Shown: positions 25,025 through 38,000 of the stretch, one piece after another
Numbering within the stretch: position 1 is the first letter of the stretch
Layout of the letters: each line of letters starts with the position of its first letter
Assembly: GCA_036172245.1 (NCBI GenBank)
Contig: JAYWIR010000015.1
Location: 2,604,001-2,668,000, forward strand
DNA: 64,000 nucleotides
Source: Raillietiella orientalis
Taxonomy: Eukaryota
Reading direction: 5' to 3'
Notes under the pieces: model-generated
What the model was told of the DNA's origin: nothing
Databases searched by the model: none
The model's input: the letters and a program-made list of their open reading frames with translations, nothing else
Translations under genes and position numbers: made by a program

Positions 25025-25734
25025 ATGTCATACAAAGGTGGGCACAAAGTGCAGAAAGTCATGGTCCAACCAATAGTATCCTTTTATGGTATTTGTTTTT
25101 GTATGCAACTGGATAGCCTTGTAGGTATGTTGCTATTTTTAAAGTGTGACTTGTATGGATACCATTTCCACTTTATCATGATCAATAATGCGCTTTTAAT
25201 GCTCGTAATGCAGCTGGATTCTGTAAGCATGTTTACAAAATTCAATGGTTATCCTAGATTTGGGAACTGATTAGTAGCAGTTGATATTCACGTACTTAAT
25301 CGGCATAACAGCTTATTTATTGAACTTTGGGAAAAAGCGATAAATAATGCGATGAATACACCTCGAACCAATAAATGGTTCGAGGTGTATGTTTATTAGT
25401 TTTCATGCTTTAGAGGACAACTAATATTGATTTTCTTTTAATTATTATCAGAACTTAATCTTTAGATATCTGCAGAATCGAACTAGAGTGATAGTTTGGC
25501 TCATGGATAATGTGACCAGCCGCCTGGAAGGATACATTGTTGGATTTGATGAGTATATGAATCTAATATTGGATGATGCAGAAGATATTAATCTAAAAGT
25601 AAAGACAAGAAAGCAACTTGGTAAATTTAAGGCTGTGCTACTGGTGAAAGTTATAGTGTTGTTTTTTATTAGGACGAATTTTGCTTAAAGGTGACAACAT
25701 AACTCTTATTCAAAGTATGGCAGGGAAATCTTAG
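25025..25734 (+). CDS. SNRPE: Small nuclear ribonucleoprotein E (SmE); exons 25025-25075, 25452-25620, 25673-25734
   Basis: [27 protein letters not shown]...[20 protein letters not shown]...[18 protein letters not shown]. Confidence 0.98.
25076..25451 (+). other. U12-type (minor spliceosome) GT-AG intron, SNRPE intron 1
   Basis: 5' site GTATCCTTTT; U12-like branch TTTTCTTTTAAT at 25431-25442, about 10 nt before the AG. Same position (after VQPI) as the known U12 intron of SmE genes. Confidence 0.9.
25356..25390. repeat. Perfect 15-bp inverted repeat inside the SNRPE U12 intron
   Basis: ATACACCTCGAACCA ataaa TGGTTCGAGGTGTAT. Confidence 0.95.
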
Positions 25735-25845
25735 GACGAAATTATCCTGTTATAAATAAGATAAAGCTCCTTTAATACTGGTAACATGAAATATGTTTAT
25801 TAATCTAACAAATCAATTCGGTAACAATTTACAAATTTTAGATTC

Positions 25846-27746
25846 TCATGGAAAAGCTAATTCCAGGCAGTATTTATGCATTTCAGTTCCCTTATAAAAG
25901 TGTTTTGTCAACTACATGCATGTTGTTCATTGCAAGTACTTACATCACATCTGTGTTTTTTCAATAAACAGTCTGTCGGATCTAATGTGCAACACTAAAA
26001 ATTACAAAGAGTAATCAACTCACCATCACCCTCATTCAGGGTCAGCTCACTCATACTGTAGTAGGCTGAATCTTTATTAACTTTTTTATTCTTTGGTCCT
26101 CTTCGTATCTGAATACATTCAGCAGATTTGGTTGGGCTTTGTGGTGCTCCCTTTGTGCAACATTTATAATTCCTTATGTAAGAGGACTTCTTACCTCGTC
26201 TGCATCACTACTGCAAGAGGTTGAAGAATTACTGTCATGGTTGTCTGAGGTCAGATTACAATGATTCATGTCTACATGATTGTACTTCATAGATTGCTGT
26301 TTCCTTGAATCCAACGTATTGTGCAACTCTGAATAAAGACAGGGAATCTTTCTTGAAGAGAATTGGCTATGATCCATACTAGCAGAAATACCTTCTTTCT
26401 CCTGGGTGTGAATCTGAACTGACATGAGGGGACTAGGATCTAGGGTAGAGTTTTGGCAGTTAGCCCTAAATTGAAATCTTTGCTTAGAAGTTAAGGGATC
26501 TAGCAAGAATTTTTGGTAGCAAAATCTGACACCACCATGTTGATACTTGCTGCCATAAGTCCATTCACGTGTTACACTAGGGTGAGGCAGAACTTGGGAT
26601 GTGCGCAATTCATTCTCATATTCAAGCAGTTGACCAAGAAAATTGAAGTTTGGTGAAATATTTGGTCGTTTCTCTTTCACATATCTGCCACAATGGTGTT
26701 AGGATAGTCCCAACCAATATTTGTACCTCCGGGCATCTTCTGAATTCATTTTCAGGTGGCGCATGATATAACCAATGGCTATAGTAGCCGAGCGTGATAC
26801 ACCTGCTAAACAGTGTACTAGGCAGCATCCACCAGACTCATGCACCTTGTCTTCAAAAACATTATTTGTATTTATCGTTCAAAGTACTAACCAAGAAACT
26901 GAAATGCTTCTGGGAAATATGGCAAGATTTTCTCTGTGTAGCTATCATTAACAGGAATCTGGAGATAATTCCTCTCCTGGATAAATTGAGGTCGTGGACA
27001 AGTAATACTGACATTTAGCACATAATAGATGTTGAGAATCTGCAACTTTTGCTAAAGCAATTAAACTATTCCGCAATACCTCCATCAGATCTTCATCTAA
27101 AACGTCTTGCTGGGAACCAAGATAAAGAAATGGTAGGATACGAGTTGGACCCAAGTTCCTCATAGACAGACATGGCTGTGACAAAGAAACAGTGACAGCA
27201 TGGCTGTGTGATTTGTCACACAGATCTGGATAATGTTCTAAGAATTTGAGAAATCCGCCTGAATACACATGCATAATTATAGCCAATACAGAATTGACCA
27301 TTCTATGCTTACCTTCCAGCAATTGCACTTTAGTTGCAATAGGTACCAGACGTTCATAAAGTAGCACAGTAAAACTATCTGATTTGAGAGATTTACCTTC
27401 ATCATACACTACTACATGAGCTCCAGGTTCCAAATCCAAATCACAGGAATGGCGTAAAAAATCCTGGATACAAATCTGCTGGAACTTGATTATGAAACAT
27501 CAACACCAGAAACTAATACTTTATTATGCTGCAGGCGACGCTGGAGGATCTTTGATGAGCAAACATTGACAGCTCCTCTTATATGATGAGAATTGAATTC
27601 AAAGAAAGGCCGCACATCCAGTATAATATACTGAAATGCAATATTTTTGGGGTAGACAAGAGCATCACTGAGGAAATATTAACTTGGCTTAATGAAGATG
27701 ACAATTCTTCCATAGAGATGCTTGTGTGCAATAGTGTTACATCCAT
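25846..27746 (-). CDS. Dual-specificity MAPK phosphatase, DUSP8/DUSP16 (MKP-7/vhp-1)-like; 3' end uncertain (25846-26174)
   Basis: Rhodanese/MKB domain ILDVRPFFEFNSHHIRGAVNVCSSKILQRRLQ; SLSQPCL..GPTRILPFLYLGSQQD; catalytic VHCLAGVSRS; KEKRPNISPNFNFLGQL. Confidence 0.93.
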
Positions 27747-28871
27747 GAAGCATCTGTCAAGGTGACTTTGTTGCTATATCATTTGTAGCAGCATCATCAA
27801 CTTATAGTAAATACATGGATCCAATAAAGAATGCAGGAAATAAAGAACAACAACAAACTAGTTTTCTGGTACTGAAAAGGAAAGTTACATTTTCAGTTTC
27901 CATGCTGAAAGCTCAGCCCTTTTACTTAGATGATTCCATCATTCAGATGACATATGAACTGAAACTAGGAGTCATTTTCTTATTTACACTTCAGATGAAT
28001 ATCTCATTAACCTATTGTCATATAAGAATCATATTTTATTAGCACTTCAATGTGATTTCCCAACACATAACAACACTGATCTATTGAATGACAACCAAAA
28101 TTAATAGCAGCTTTTTTTTGCCAATGAAAAAAACAAGAAATAATGAACTAACAAAGCCAAACTTGCAGATACTGTTGTTTACCCAATGAGCTTATGAGCT
28201 TCCATTTTCAAAATGATTCAACTTCATGAGCATAAATTTCCTCTCAATAAATTCTTCTCTCCTATTGGTTTACATTTTAATATGGGCAAAAATCATGAGA
28301 TAATCAACACATTAAAACAGCCAGTATTTACTCACATTGAGGTACAAACAAATTTTTGGAAATTTCCTAGCTACTATCATGCTTTATTGCCTCTGCATAT
28401 GGAATACTCTACAATTTAATCAATTTCATATTTTACTCATTATTTAGGGGTTATTTACTTTTTACATCAAATTTCAATGAAAAAAATTAAAAAAACACAA
28501 TTACAATTAAATTCGGCAAACATTACGAGTTTGAAAATTACTTGGAAAGTGTGCATTATGAAATCTTATAACCGGGAATCAAGAGATACGCTGATCTTCC
28601 GAACAAAATGTTTGACATTAGTATGAAACTCATGTACATATGAAACCAACTGACAGTGCTCAATGCAAACATCGAAAACATGGATTGATAATTTTCAAAA
28701 TATTGACAGTCTAGCAATATCACATTAAAAAATATAAATTTGAACGAGCTCAGTCAATGCAAACTTCATGAATTAATCAACATAGTTTGATACATAATGT
28801 ATTCTGGGCGAAACTTTAAAATCAAGTTCTCCTGTATTGCTCACCTATATTTCATTAATCCATACTTCTGA

Positions 28872-29823
28872 TGAGTCACCTGCTTATTTTCATTTCGAGC
28901 AGGCGCATATGTTGGAAAAACAATCTGTTCTTTTCGTTGCATGAATGACCGATGATTTCATCACGCATAAAAAAATAGGAAAGAATTCAATATGTAAAAC
29001 ATAATTGCTGAATCACGATGGCAGATTCATTTTACTGATGTATTTTACTGATATAATAATACATAGCAATAAGGGCCTATAAATAGAGAAACATGCTCGT
29101 TACTTTGTACTTTGTTGATCACAATATCACAGAGATGTGGTAACAGAAATTATTTGTGTTAAACGCGTTATTACTTTGGCACAGAATTTTATTAAGAGAC
29201 CAGGCTGCAGTTCGGTCCAGTGTACTTACTAGCATATTCAAAATAATCTTTAAATCATTTTCGAATCATTTCAATTTTTCAGCTCATCAAAAAATTTTCG
29301 AATCTTGTACCAGCACCACATAAACTTCAACATACGTATTCATTGCTCACATTTGAATGTTCTTAATGGGATATATATATATGTGTTTAGGATAAGTGTC
29401 ATCTCTGCATACACGTACAAAAAGTTCATTTTCATACAGCTCATATATTTACGATTAATATGTGTTGTATCTATGTTCATAAGTGCAAATCATCATCCAG
29501 ACGTGGAGGATATTTGATTCTTTCCTGTTAGCAACACTGGATACAACAGTGACACTCTCATACCTTTTCCTCAATGCATCACACATTACAATGACTCATG
29601 CAAACGATATCTAAACACGTTACAGGCGAGCTTCTCCTAATGCATCTGTTTGCTAAGAACGGGTAGTTTTTCCTACTTGGACACCATTGATTAACGTTTT
29701 GCATGGCATTATGAACTATGGGAGAATTCGAGTTTGGATGCAAGGATTCCCTTTAAAAGAAAACTTCAGGAACAACCAGTAATTCAGTATTTCATTAGCA
29801 CGATCTGCGAAATTTATGAGTCA
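28872..29823. promoter_or_regulatory. Cluster of three AP-1 heptamers and one MEF2 site upstream of the DUSP gene
   Basis: TGAGTCA 28872, CTATAAATAG 29077, TGACTCA 29592, TGAGTCA 29817. Confidence 0.45.
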
Positions 29824-29939
29824 TTTATTCCTGTAAGACAAGTGTGTTTCCTCCATCTGAAATGAGTAATACTAGTACACAAAAAAACAAGTATGGCGGC
29901 AAGAGGAAACAAAGATAATCCCACTCTTAATTGACTAAT

Positions 29940-30600
29940 AGATACGTCCGTTTTCCAGTGTCTTAGCAAATGAAATCGGTGGAGCTCCAAAGAAGAGTCT
30001 TAGAATGTCAGTGACACAATTGTTTGTATTTAATAAAACGTGGTTTCTCATTCACTGCACAGTTTTGCTCTAATCAGGGCTTCTAAACGAACTAATTCGA
30101 TCTAATCTGATTGAGCATGACAAATAAGGTTCCACTGACCACTGGACAACGGTGAACTCCACTTACGCTTCTGTTAATTTTGTAACTTGTTAAAGATGGG
30201 ATGATCGACCTTCCGATCAAGCATATATAAGGATTTGTAATCGAAACTGAGTCCCCTGAAACTTATTCTTCGGGGTTCCTACGTTTACATCTTCACTAGT
30301 TTTTTGGAGGCACTGTATGTGGGGCTTAAACAGAAGTCTCCACATTTCCCATACTGTAAGAAAAATAAAAGTGGCAGTGCTTCATGTGTTCATGTTTTAT
30401 CCCCATCACATTGTATATGTGCAACATAAAAAGGGTTTTCTTGAATTTCATAACTTTTCCAGAATCTCAAACCAGATCCAATCAAAATTGAAGGTTGAAA
30501 AAACAAAAATGCACTATCGAGACCCTTTTTGTATATTCATCTTCAACTGTGTAGAACGAAAGCATATCAACTTCCCTTGTTTCTTTAGTCCTTCAATGTT
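29940..30600 (+). mobile_element. Decayed hAT (ZBED-like) transposase remnant
   Basis: IRPFSSV (~29942), STDHWTTVNSTYASVNF (~30132), WGLNRS (~30320) and a CF..H-like segment (~30395), in hAT order; many stops. Confidence 0.45.
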
Positions 30601-30699
30601 TTAAAGTTTCGAAGGCTTACGTTACCCATAAGGTAGGAATCACATTTTAAAATTATGTTGGCACAACAGGACAACTGGCAATCTGTACAGTCATGGTCC

Positions 30700-33600
30700 C
30701 TGGCAAAAATAGCATCACATCTCTGCTTCCTTCGTAGTTTACAAGATAACTCTGAGCTTATTTTTTTTGGATTTTCTAGTTAATGATCACAAATTACCGG
30801 CAACACACTGTAGAAACATTCATTCTTTTGCTTTCCTTGTGAAGTTTCTTTACAGACATGAGCATCAGGTAGAAGAGATCTGAAAAAAAGGATGGAGGAA
30901 AACTTTAGTTAGGTGGTTTTTAGAGTTGATTCATGGCATATAATGATTTAATTGACTGTCTGAGATTCAAAGGGACACTTTAAGGTACCGGGCATTTATT
31001 TCCGTGGAAACGGTCTGAGTAACTCGTCACACTCTTAGACTGCACTTAGAGACACATTGCTGCTTTTTTAAAACCTGCTAACGAGATTGTTGGGATTAAT
31101 CCACACTTGGACACTCCCTGGCACTCTTTGAATATAAATCGGTAATTACAGGCTGGAACCATCCCAGTTACGTGCCCCCATCTCCTGCTTTATCGGAACC
31201 GTTAGGATTTCCAGACCTCTTCAGTCCTCCCCTACAGGAAGTTCGTTCTTATCAATGCTCCTGATGAAGGAGATGATGGAACCCATTATAGGGTTTTACA
31301 GAGGTACAATTCCTTTTCTTCAGGCAGAGATCTCAGAGTCACAGTTTTTTTCTTATCTCTCCTGCGGGCACGCAACTTGTTTCAACGCTTTCGAGTCCTG
31401 GAGTAGCATCGTGAAATGAAGTTCTCTTCCACTTTCTTCACACGTCCCTCACAGTGGGTCCTGCAGGTTTCCCGTCCAATAGTTCGGTCGCATATCATAT
31501 AGAATGCCGTTTCTTCTGCTTGTCAAGTCGATCTTTCAAATCAATCGTCATATTGCTCTTTTATTAACTGTCGTGTATTGGTGAGAGGCCTCCTCTAGGA
31601 CCTTTTTACTGATGTGCCTTCCAGAAGTGCATTCTTCTGTATTGATTTATGTCATCAGTCTACATGTGCTTTCGTGATGGTACTAGAACTCTCGGGACAT
31701 AGGATTTATAGATAACACCGAACTTTATCTTTGTAGTATCCTGGAGCTGGTGCGGCATTTCGTGCAGATCTCTACTCTTTGAGAAGTGTTTACAATGCTT
31801 TATCTTCTGTTCTGACTTTCGATGACCGTTCCTTTGCCTATTGTATGAGAAGGAAGTTATAAATCATCAGGTTCAGTTCTTTTACGCAAATCTCCTAACA
31901 GTTGGGGGCCACTTTCATCCGAATAGTGTTCATTTTTCCGTTGCTCTATAGAGCGGTCCATGACTCCATGATGCCAGCGAGCTGGAGTCCACCTCTTCCT
32001 CCTCCCATCCATGCCGAGATGCATGGCATCTGAGTTCCGGGAATAAGTCTGTAATTTCCAGAACCTTGCTTAAGGAGAAGTTTCTAAAGGAGCATGATGC
32101 CACTGTTACCTGATCTGGCTGGATTTTTCATTCTCCTCCACGTTTCCAGTTATCCCTGCCGACTGACCGGTAGGACGTCCACTCCTAATCCTCCGGCAGC
32201 GATGCAACCATGAGGAGTTTGTAACTCGGATCTCACGCTTGCCAGCGGTTGCGTGAGAGGATGGACTCATGTCTTTTGAAATTTGCTGCATTCTTCATAC
32301 GAATGCGCGAAAGGAGACATCAGTGAGGGTCCCACAGCCTTGTCATCAGGGCCAGTTGCCCGCAACGATGCCCACATCTGCGTCGGTTCAGCGGAAGACA
32401 AATTCCGGCCCTCTCTTGGCGATTGCAAACCAAGTTCTTCGGCGGCACCCCCACCCGGCGGAGCCCTACAGTACTTGACGCAGAGACCGGCTATCACTCG
32501 GAGCACCCAGTCTCTGGGAAAACAAAATAGAAGGTTCGGAAAAGGGATGCAACTAAAATGGTCCATGCTATCTTTCTAGAAGCCAAAAGTTCTCCGGCGC
32601 GAGAGGGAGCTAGGGCAGGCTGTAACATTAACATGCAGACGGGCCCTTCCTCCGCCGGGGGAAGCGAACTCACGGATATCTGCAGATAGGTAAAAGGTCC
32701 ACGCACTCGAATTCCCAAAGATCAGTCCTCATCCGGCGATCTGAGACTTCTTCCTATTGAACTGGGCTTCCGCATCCCTGCCTATAAACTCCTAAAACGC
32801 TTGGAGTGCGTCTGCAGAGGTTCGCGCAGGCAGATAGAGGAGAGAGTCGGCGTAGGCCGCCGCTCCTGGCGTGTCGTCGGAGGTCGGCAGGAGCCCGACT
32901 AGTGTGTTCCGGTACGCGTTCGGCACCAGTCCAAAGAACAGGCTGGGAGTATCGAGCTAAGGCTGTCCTCCTGTCTAATTCCCTGACTGACCTCCGACCC
33001 TTCGCTTAGAAGGTCGCTGAAAAAAATTGAGAAATTTGCTTTTGCAAGCGCAGGTTGCCGTGAAGACTGGCTGGGAAGCCAAGCCGTTCCAGCAGCTTGA
33101 GAAGGAACTGCTGATCGACGGAGCCGAAAGCGTTTGGCCTCAGGTCGACCTGCGCTTCCTTCTCGGATGCTGTCTCCGAGCGATACTGCCGTGCACAGCT
33201 TGCGCTGTATCTGGAAGCGGCTGTGAATCCTTCCCCTAGCAACCTGAACCAGGTGTGGGCATGGAACAGCTTGGCATCGATGTCTCGACACGGAAACGGA
33301 TGGTTCTTCTCAAGCCTGACTATGGATTTCGCCTCATGCCCTATTCGTACGCTTTACACCTTGGAGAGCAGCCAGCTGTCCGCGTTCAAGGGCGTGACGG
33401 GACGTCAGTTGCTCAGGCAGCGAGGGCATCCTTGTTTGGTAGGAGGCGAATCCTGGTTGATCCGAAATTGCCATCTCTCCCGGATCAGTAGCCCCAGTTT
33501 GTGCACCAAAGGCTCCAGTTCTGCCGCAATGAGTTATTAGAACTCTTTAGGCAGTCTGTGTTGCAGCACTTCTTTCGAGCGCTTCCTTAGCGACTATGGT

Positions 33601-34660
33601 TTCACTAATAGCTAGGGGCCGTCTGGGAGCCTCCTCCGAAAGTCTGCGTGTAGTGGTCTCGTAGAGCTGTGTGGAGCAGTCCTCGTGAGGAAACGCTATC
33701 GCGTAAAGGTTGGAATCATGTTGCCTCTCTACGCGGCGTATGAGCTTCGCATAGGTGCATACCTGGCCTTCGCAGCCTGGCAGCTACGTTGAACTCGACT
33801 GCCAGGATGGCCTCTCCGCCAATGCAGCGAACTCCGCAGGGCTCCTGACATGTCTGATGAGAGTCCGCGCTTGTAGGAAGGTTTCCCTACTCTCCTCTCC
33901 TCGGCAAAAGCCTGTCAGGAGAAGATGGCCGCTTGCAGAGAAGACGCAAGAAATCTTGAAAGAGAGCCCGGTATCTCACTGCATAGGTGGAGCATCGCTC
34001 CAGGAAATATCGAGGTTATCCTAGGACTTCCGGACTCCTTGATCCAGCTACCAAGCATCCCCTGAACCTTCATTTCCGAGCCCCTCTCTGGCGGAACTAG
34101 CTCAGCCCCGAACCTGAGGTGCTCCGACAAGGTAGACTGTGTGTTCCGCCGCCCGCACCTGCGAACACAGGTGGCTATCGAGGAACACGTGGTGGATGGA
34201 GTCGGACAGCTCACGTTCGTCTGTCACCACGTTTCCGGAACACGTGGCCCTTAAGGTTTTAATCAGAGGCCCAGTAGCCGTGCCTTATCGGAGAGCAGAA
34301 ATTGAAGCTGCCTTCTGTGAGTGCGCCCTAGAGCATCCAGTCCCGATGGAGTACCTCCAGAAACTCCACCCTCTTTCGGTGGCCTTTTGATTTGAAGGGT
34401 GAGTAAACGACCATTACGAGATCAATCGGGTCGGACCAAGCTGGTCTACCCCAACTGCCCCCTCAGAGCGTGTCGCACGTGCTGCCTCCATCAGGAAGGA
34501 TTCCATCCCGCAAGTAGATGCGATTTTCATCCAGTTGCTCCGGGGCGTTTGTTTTAAAATAAGCATACAAAAATGCAGCGTCCACAATAACTTGGAACTT
34601 GCCAAGATACCAGTCGCCAAGCGGCGAGGTTTCCTTTGGCAACGGAAGGGAGGAGAACAA
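30700..34660 (+). mobile_element. Heavily decayed Ty3/gypsy LTR retrotransposon (gag-pol remnant)
   Basis: gag-like ETV..LRL..C.F (~31010); RT-RNaseH linker W..KPFQQLEKEL (~33070); DFAS..RTL (~33325); integrase-like ILGLPDSLI (~34020); purine tract GGAAGGGAGGAGA ~34644. GC-rich relative to flanks; boundaries approximate. Confidence 0.55.
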
Positions 34661-35089
34661 ACAAAAGGAAAACCGAAATCAGAATGAAAAAATAAATGCA
34701 TAAACTGTCAGATGGGATGTTCGGAAAGGGATCACCGGATGACCGTCTATTATCCGGCATCCTCTGTATCCATGCCGGCAAATTTCTGCTGCGTAGGTCC
34801 CAAGCGAGACCATCTTGTTGCCATTCACAAGAAGCCGATGGCGAAGAACATGGCGACCCTTTCGTTCTGTCCTATTTCGGCGGCTCTCCAAGCCTAGAGG
34901 CCCGCGAAGGCAGGAAACAGCTGCTAATGGCGCAGATGGCGGTAGGGCATTTTACACGAAGGGGCGTTTAAAGTCGTTCCTAGGGGTGCTCGCTGGGGTC
35001 CGAAGGGTTGTTGCAGAACGCTCTCATAGGGGCGAGAGAATAACAGTGCACAATCTGGTGCGGAAGACATTCTCATAGTTGGGTTTCAC

Positions 35090-38000
35090 ACTCCCCCAGC
35101 TCCAGTGATACCTTGGGCAGTGCATGGGAGACCCCAATGCAACAGCAGGAGCACCGACTTCTGCCACTTGAGGGGAGAGTGACTGCTCAGGAACACCACG
35201 GGCTACATCGGATCTTCCGAGGACCTTTTCAGGCGCTGGGTGGAGCAGATGAGTCCGCACGACGGGGGCACTTGGGTCGCAGCACCCGTATCAGCTGACC
35301 CGCGATCCAACAATCGATTTGTTTTTTTTCTACCCTCAGGCTCGCAGGAAGCCTTTCACCTGCTATGTATGTGCGGAGCCACATTTCACCTCAAGGGTTC
35401 CTCCTGAGACGTGTTTGACCTGGCGAATCATCTGCAAGGGAACTGTGCATCTCCCGGAGAAGAACGAGATGGAAAGTCTTCGGAGACTCCACAACAGCGC
35501 GCCTCTTTACGTCTCTCCATAGGTCCTTCATTGAGCCAGGAGGCCAGGTGGACGAGGCTAGCGCTCCCATTATCCCTAGGAATTTATTGTTTTCCCGCCT
35601 ACCCATGTGGTAGGACACGTCTGCTCGAGTCAGACAGAGCCGGCAGGGCACTGTGGTTCCTGATCTCTGAGCAGTCATCCATTTTGCGATCTCAACCTCC
35701 TCGGCTCCAGAACAGTCTGGAAACGGATCCGCGTAGGCCTCCGCCAGCGACGTCTCGGGGAAGACGCCCGACTTTTCTTTCCTGAGTGCCGTGCCCCTCT
35801 TACGGGTTTTCGAGCGTAGCCCGCAGGCTGGTCTGCACGACCGCCTGGCACTTTCGCATACTCCACTTCGAGGTCGGACGTTGCCATGTCTGCAGTCAGA
35901 TTACGGGGCGATGTCTTGCTGACCTCTGCTTCCTTTTTGGAATAATCATCTCTTGGAGGTTCTCATGCACGTAGGACGGCCGCAGTAGCTTCTCCGTTTT
36001 CCAGTTGCACTCTTCCCCTCATGGACATCACCTCAACTTCCGTGGGAGCTTCCTCCGCTAGCGGAGTTGTTGCCTCGGCGTCAGGGTTCCCAGATTGTTT
36101 CTGACATTTTTCCCACCTGTCGATCTCCCCTCTTTTCCGCTTTCTGAGGACACACTTTCCGTGGATAGGTCTTCACAAGCGAACATCCGGGTCGACGTCT
36201 GCTGAGGAAAGCCCTGCGAGGTAAAGGATTCTCATGAGGGTCTTGGTGGCGCCTCAGCATCGGGATGCCGGTTTAGGCATCCTAATGCAGCGGAAGGCCG
36301 AGGGATGCAGGTGCAATTCAAGGGGCTGGAGAAACTGTGAACGACCATGTGGTGTGGGCCTGCGCGCCTCATTCTGAAGAGCTGCGTGGGCTGCGAGACT
36401 TCACTGCTGCCGCCATGCTACCGCGAAAGGATGTAGGGATACGGGTATTGCTTGAGACAAATGGCCTGAATGCTGCAGCAGTATCTCTGAGTCTCCTGCC
36501 TTCCCAAGAACTTTGACTCTTGACGGTATGAAGCTGTGGAAAACTAGTGTCCAGAGGAAATTCCCCCACCAATCTCTCAGAAAGATTCCCCGGGGAGATG
36601 CGTTGCAAGACTTCACGAAATGGTTCCGGCTAGCCGTCAACTCTTTTGCCACTGCACTGTGTTCCCTGAGGTAAACCACCGATAGTAGTCTACCGGACGG
36701 GTGGGAGTTCTCTTGCACCACTGCTGACGTTACGAAACTCCTGGACGCCTGGACGATGGGCGAGCTGATGAATGCCATCACTCCTCGATCCTGGAACAAG
36801 GGACTGTTTCTGTGAAGAGAACTTTTAAGTGTGCCCCCGAAGATCTGATGATTCCTCGGACTGTGCATGAACACTTCGATGTTTCTGAAGTGTCCCCGAC
36901 ACGAGGTGATGCTCTTTCTTCACTGGAGTTTCCAGTACCATCAGCGAAGTGCCTTCGTTTCCAGAGAAGTTGCGTCCCCAACGTGCTTCAGGTGCGGGCT
37001 GCTGAATCGTTCCCGTACCTGCTCTTGGAGTGGGGTGTCCTCAAGGAACTGTGGCGGAGTTTTGCTTCGGCGCTCCTGAACGCTGAAGACATCCCTGAGG
37101 ACCTGCTGCGAAGATTTTTGACACCTGCTGTTTTGCAGGGAAGGCATCTCTCTGGTTTGGGGAGCAGGCATGCTGCACGCGACCTGGTTGACCACATTCG
37201 GCATAGTGGTCCCTCGTACATGCTGCCACACATTGCTCGAATTCCTTGCAAGTCACGTTGCTCTTGGAACTCACGTATCTCCTGGGAGTTGGTCTAAGGT
37301 CTCTCCGTTGTTTGCGCGCTGTCGTCTAGTTCATCATTGAACACCATTCGCTACAAAAGGATCTTGTCCAGTTTGTTTTCAATCTTGACATCATGGCATC
37401 CGGAAAACTTCTAGGACTGCGCTCTGTCTAGTTTCAAAACTAATGCCGGGAGCGAACACTAGGTTGCTTAGTCATAAGGATATCCGTGAAATTTTCATTG
37501 TCCATGCAGATGGAGAAGCCATCGACATACAGCACGATTGCTTGCATTTTTTTTTTTTTATTTACTTCCTTATGGCACGATTCGGTAAGCGTCTCGTGCT
37601 GCCGCATCATACTGGCACCATTTTACCTTGGAAGGAAGAAGCATGCCGGGGGACCAACCTGGTGGGCTTATCTGGTTTCGAGGAGATCGTCTCCAAGGAT
37701 GCGCTTTAATCTTTGTTTGTTTGTTTGTGTGTGTGTGTGTGTGTGTTTTTTTTTTTTACGAACAGACATTGGTCATCAGCGCGAAAGTGACACCAAGATA
37801 CAAGAAGTGGAAAGAGGAGGTGCCAGCTGTGGGGTCGAGGAGATAGGGGCGGCCCAGACAGTCTGTTTCCACGACAGGGTCATTGACCACAGCAGCTGAG
37901 AAGGTAACGTCTCATGTAATGGCAGCCACACTGAGTAATGGAACAGCCACCGACGAGGTGTCTGTTCTTTACAAGCAAGCACCTCGTCGGGGCTTGCACC

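Noticed and set aside
25178..25270. Possible C/D snoRNA (ATGATCA...CTGA) in SNRPE intron 1
   Set aside because: Imperfect C box, no convincing terminal stem and no recognisable guide.
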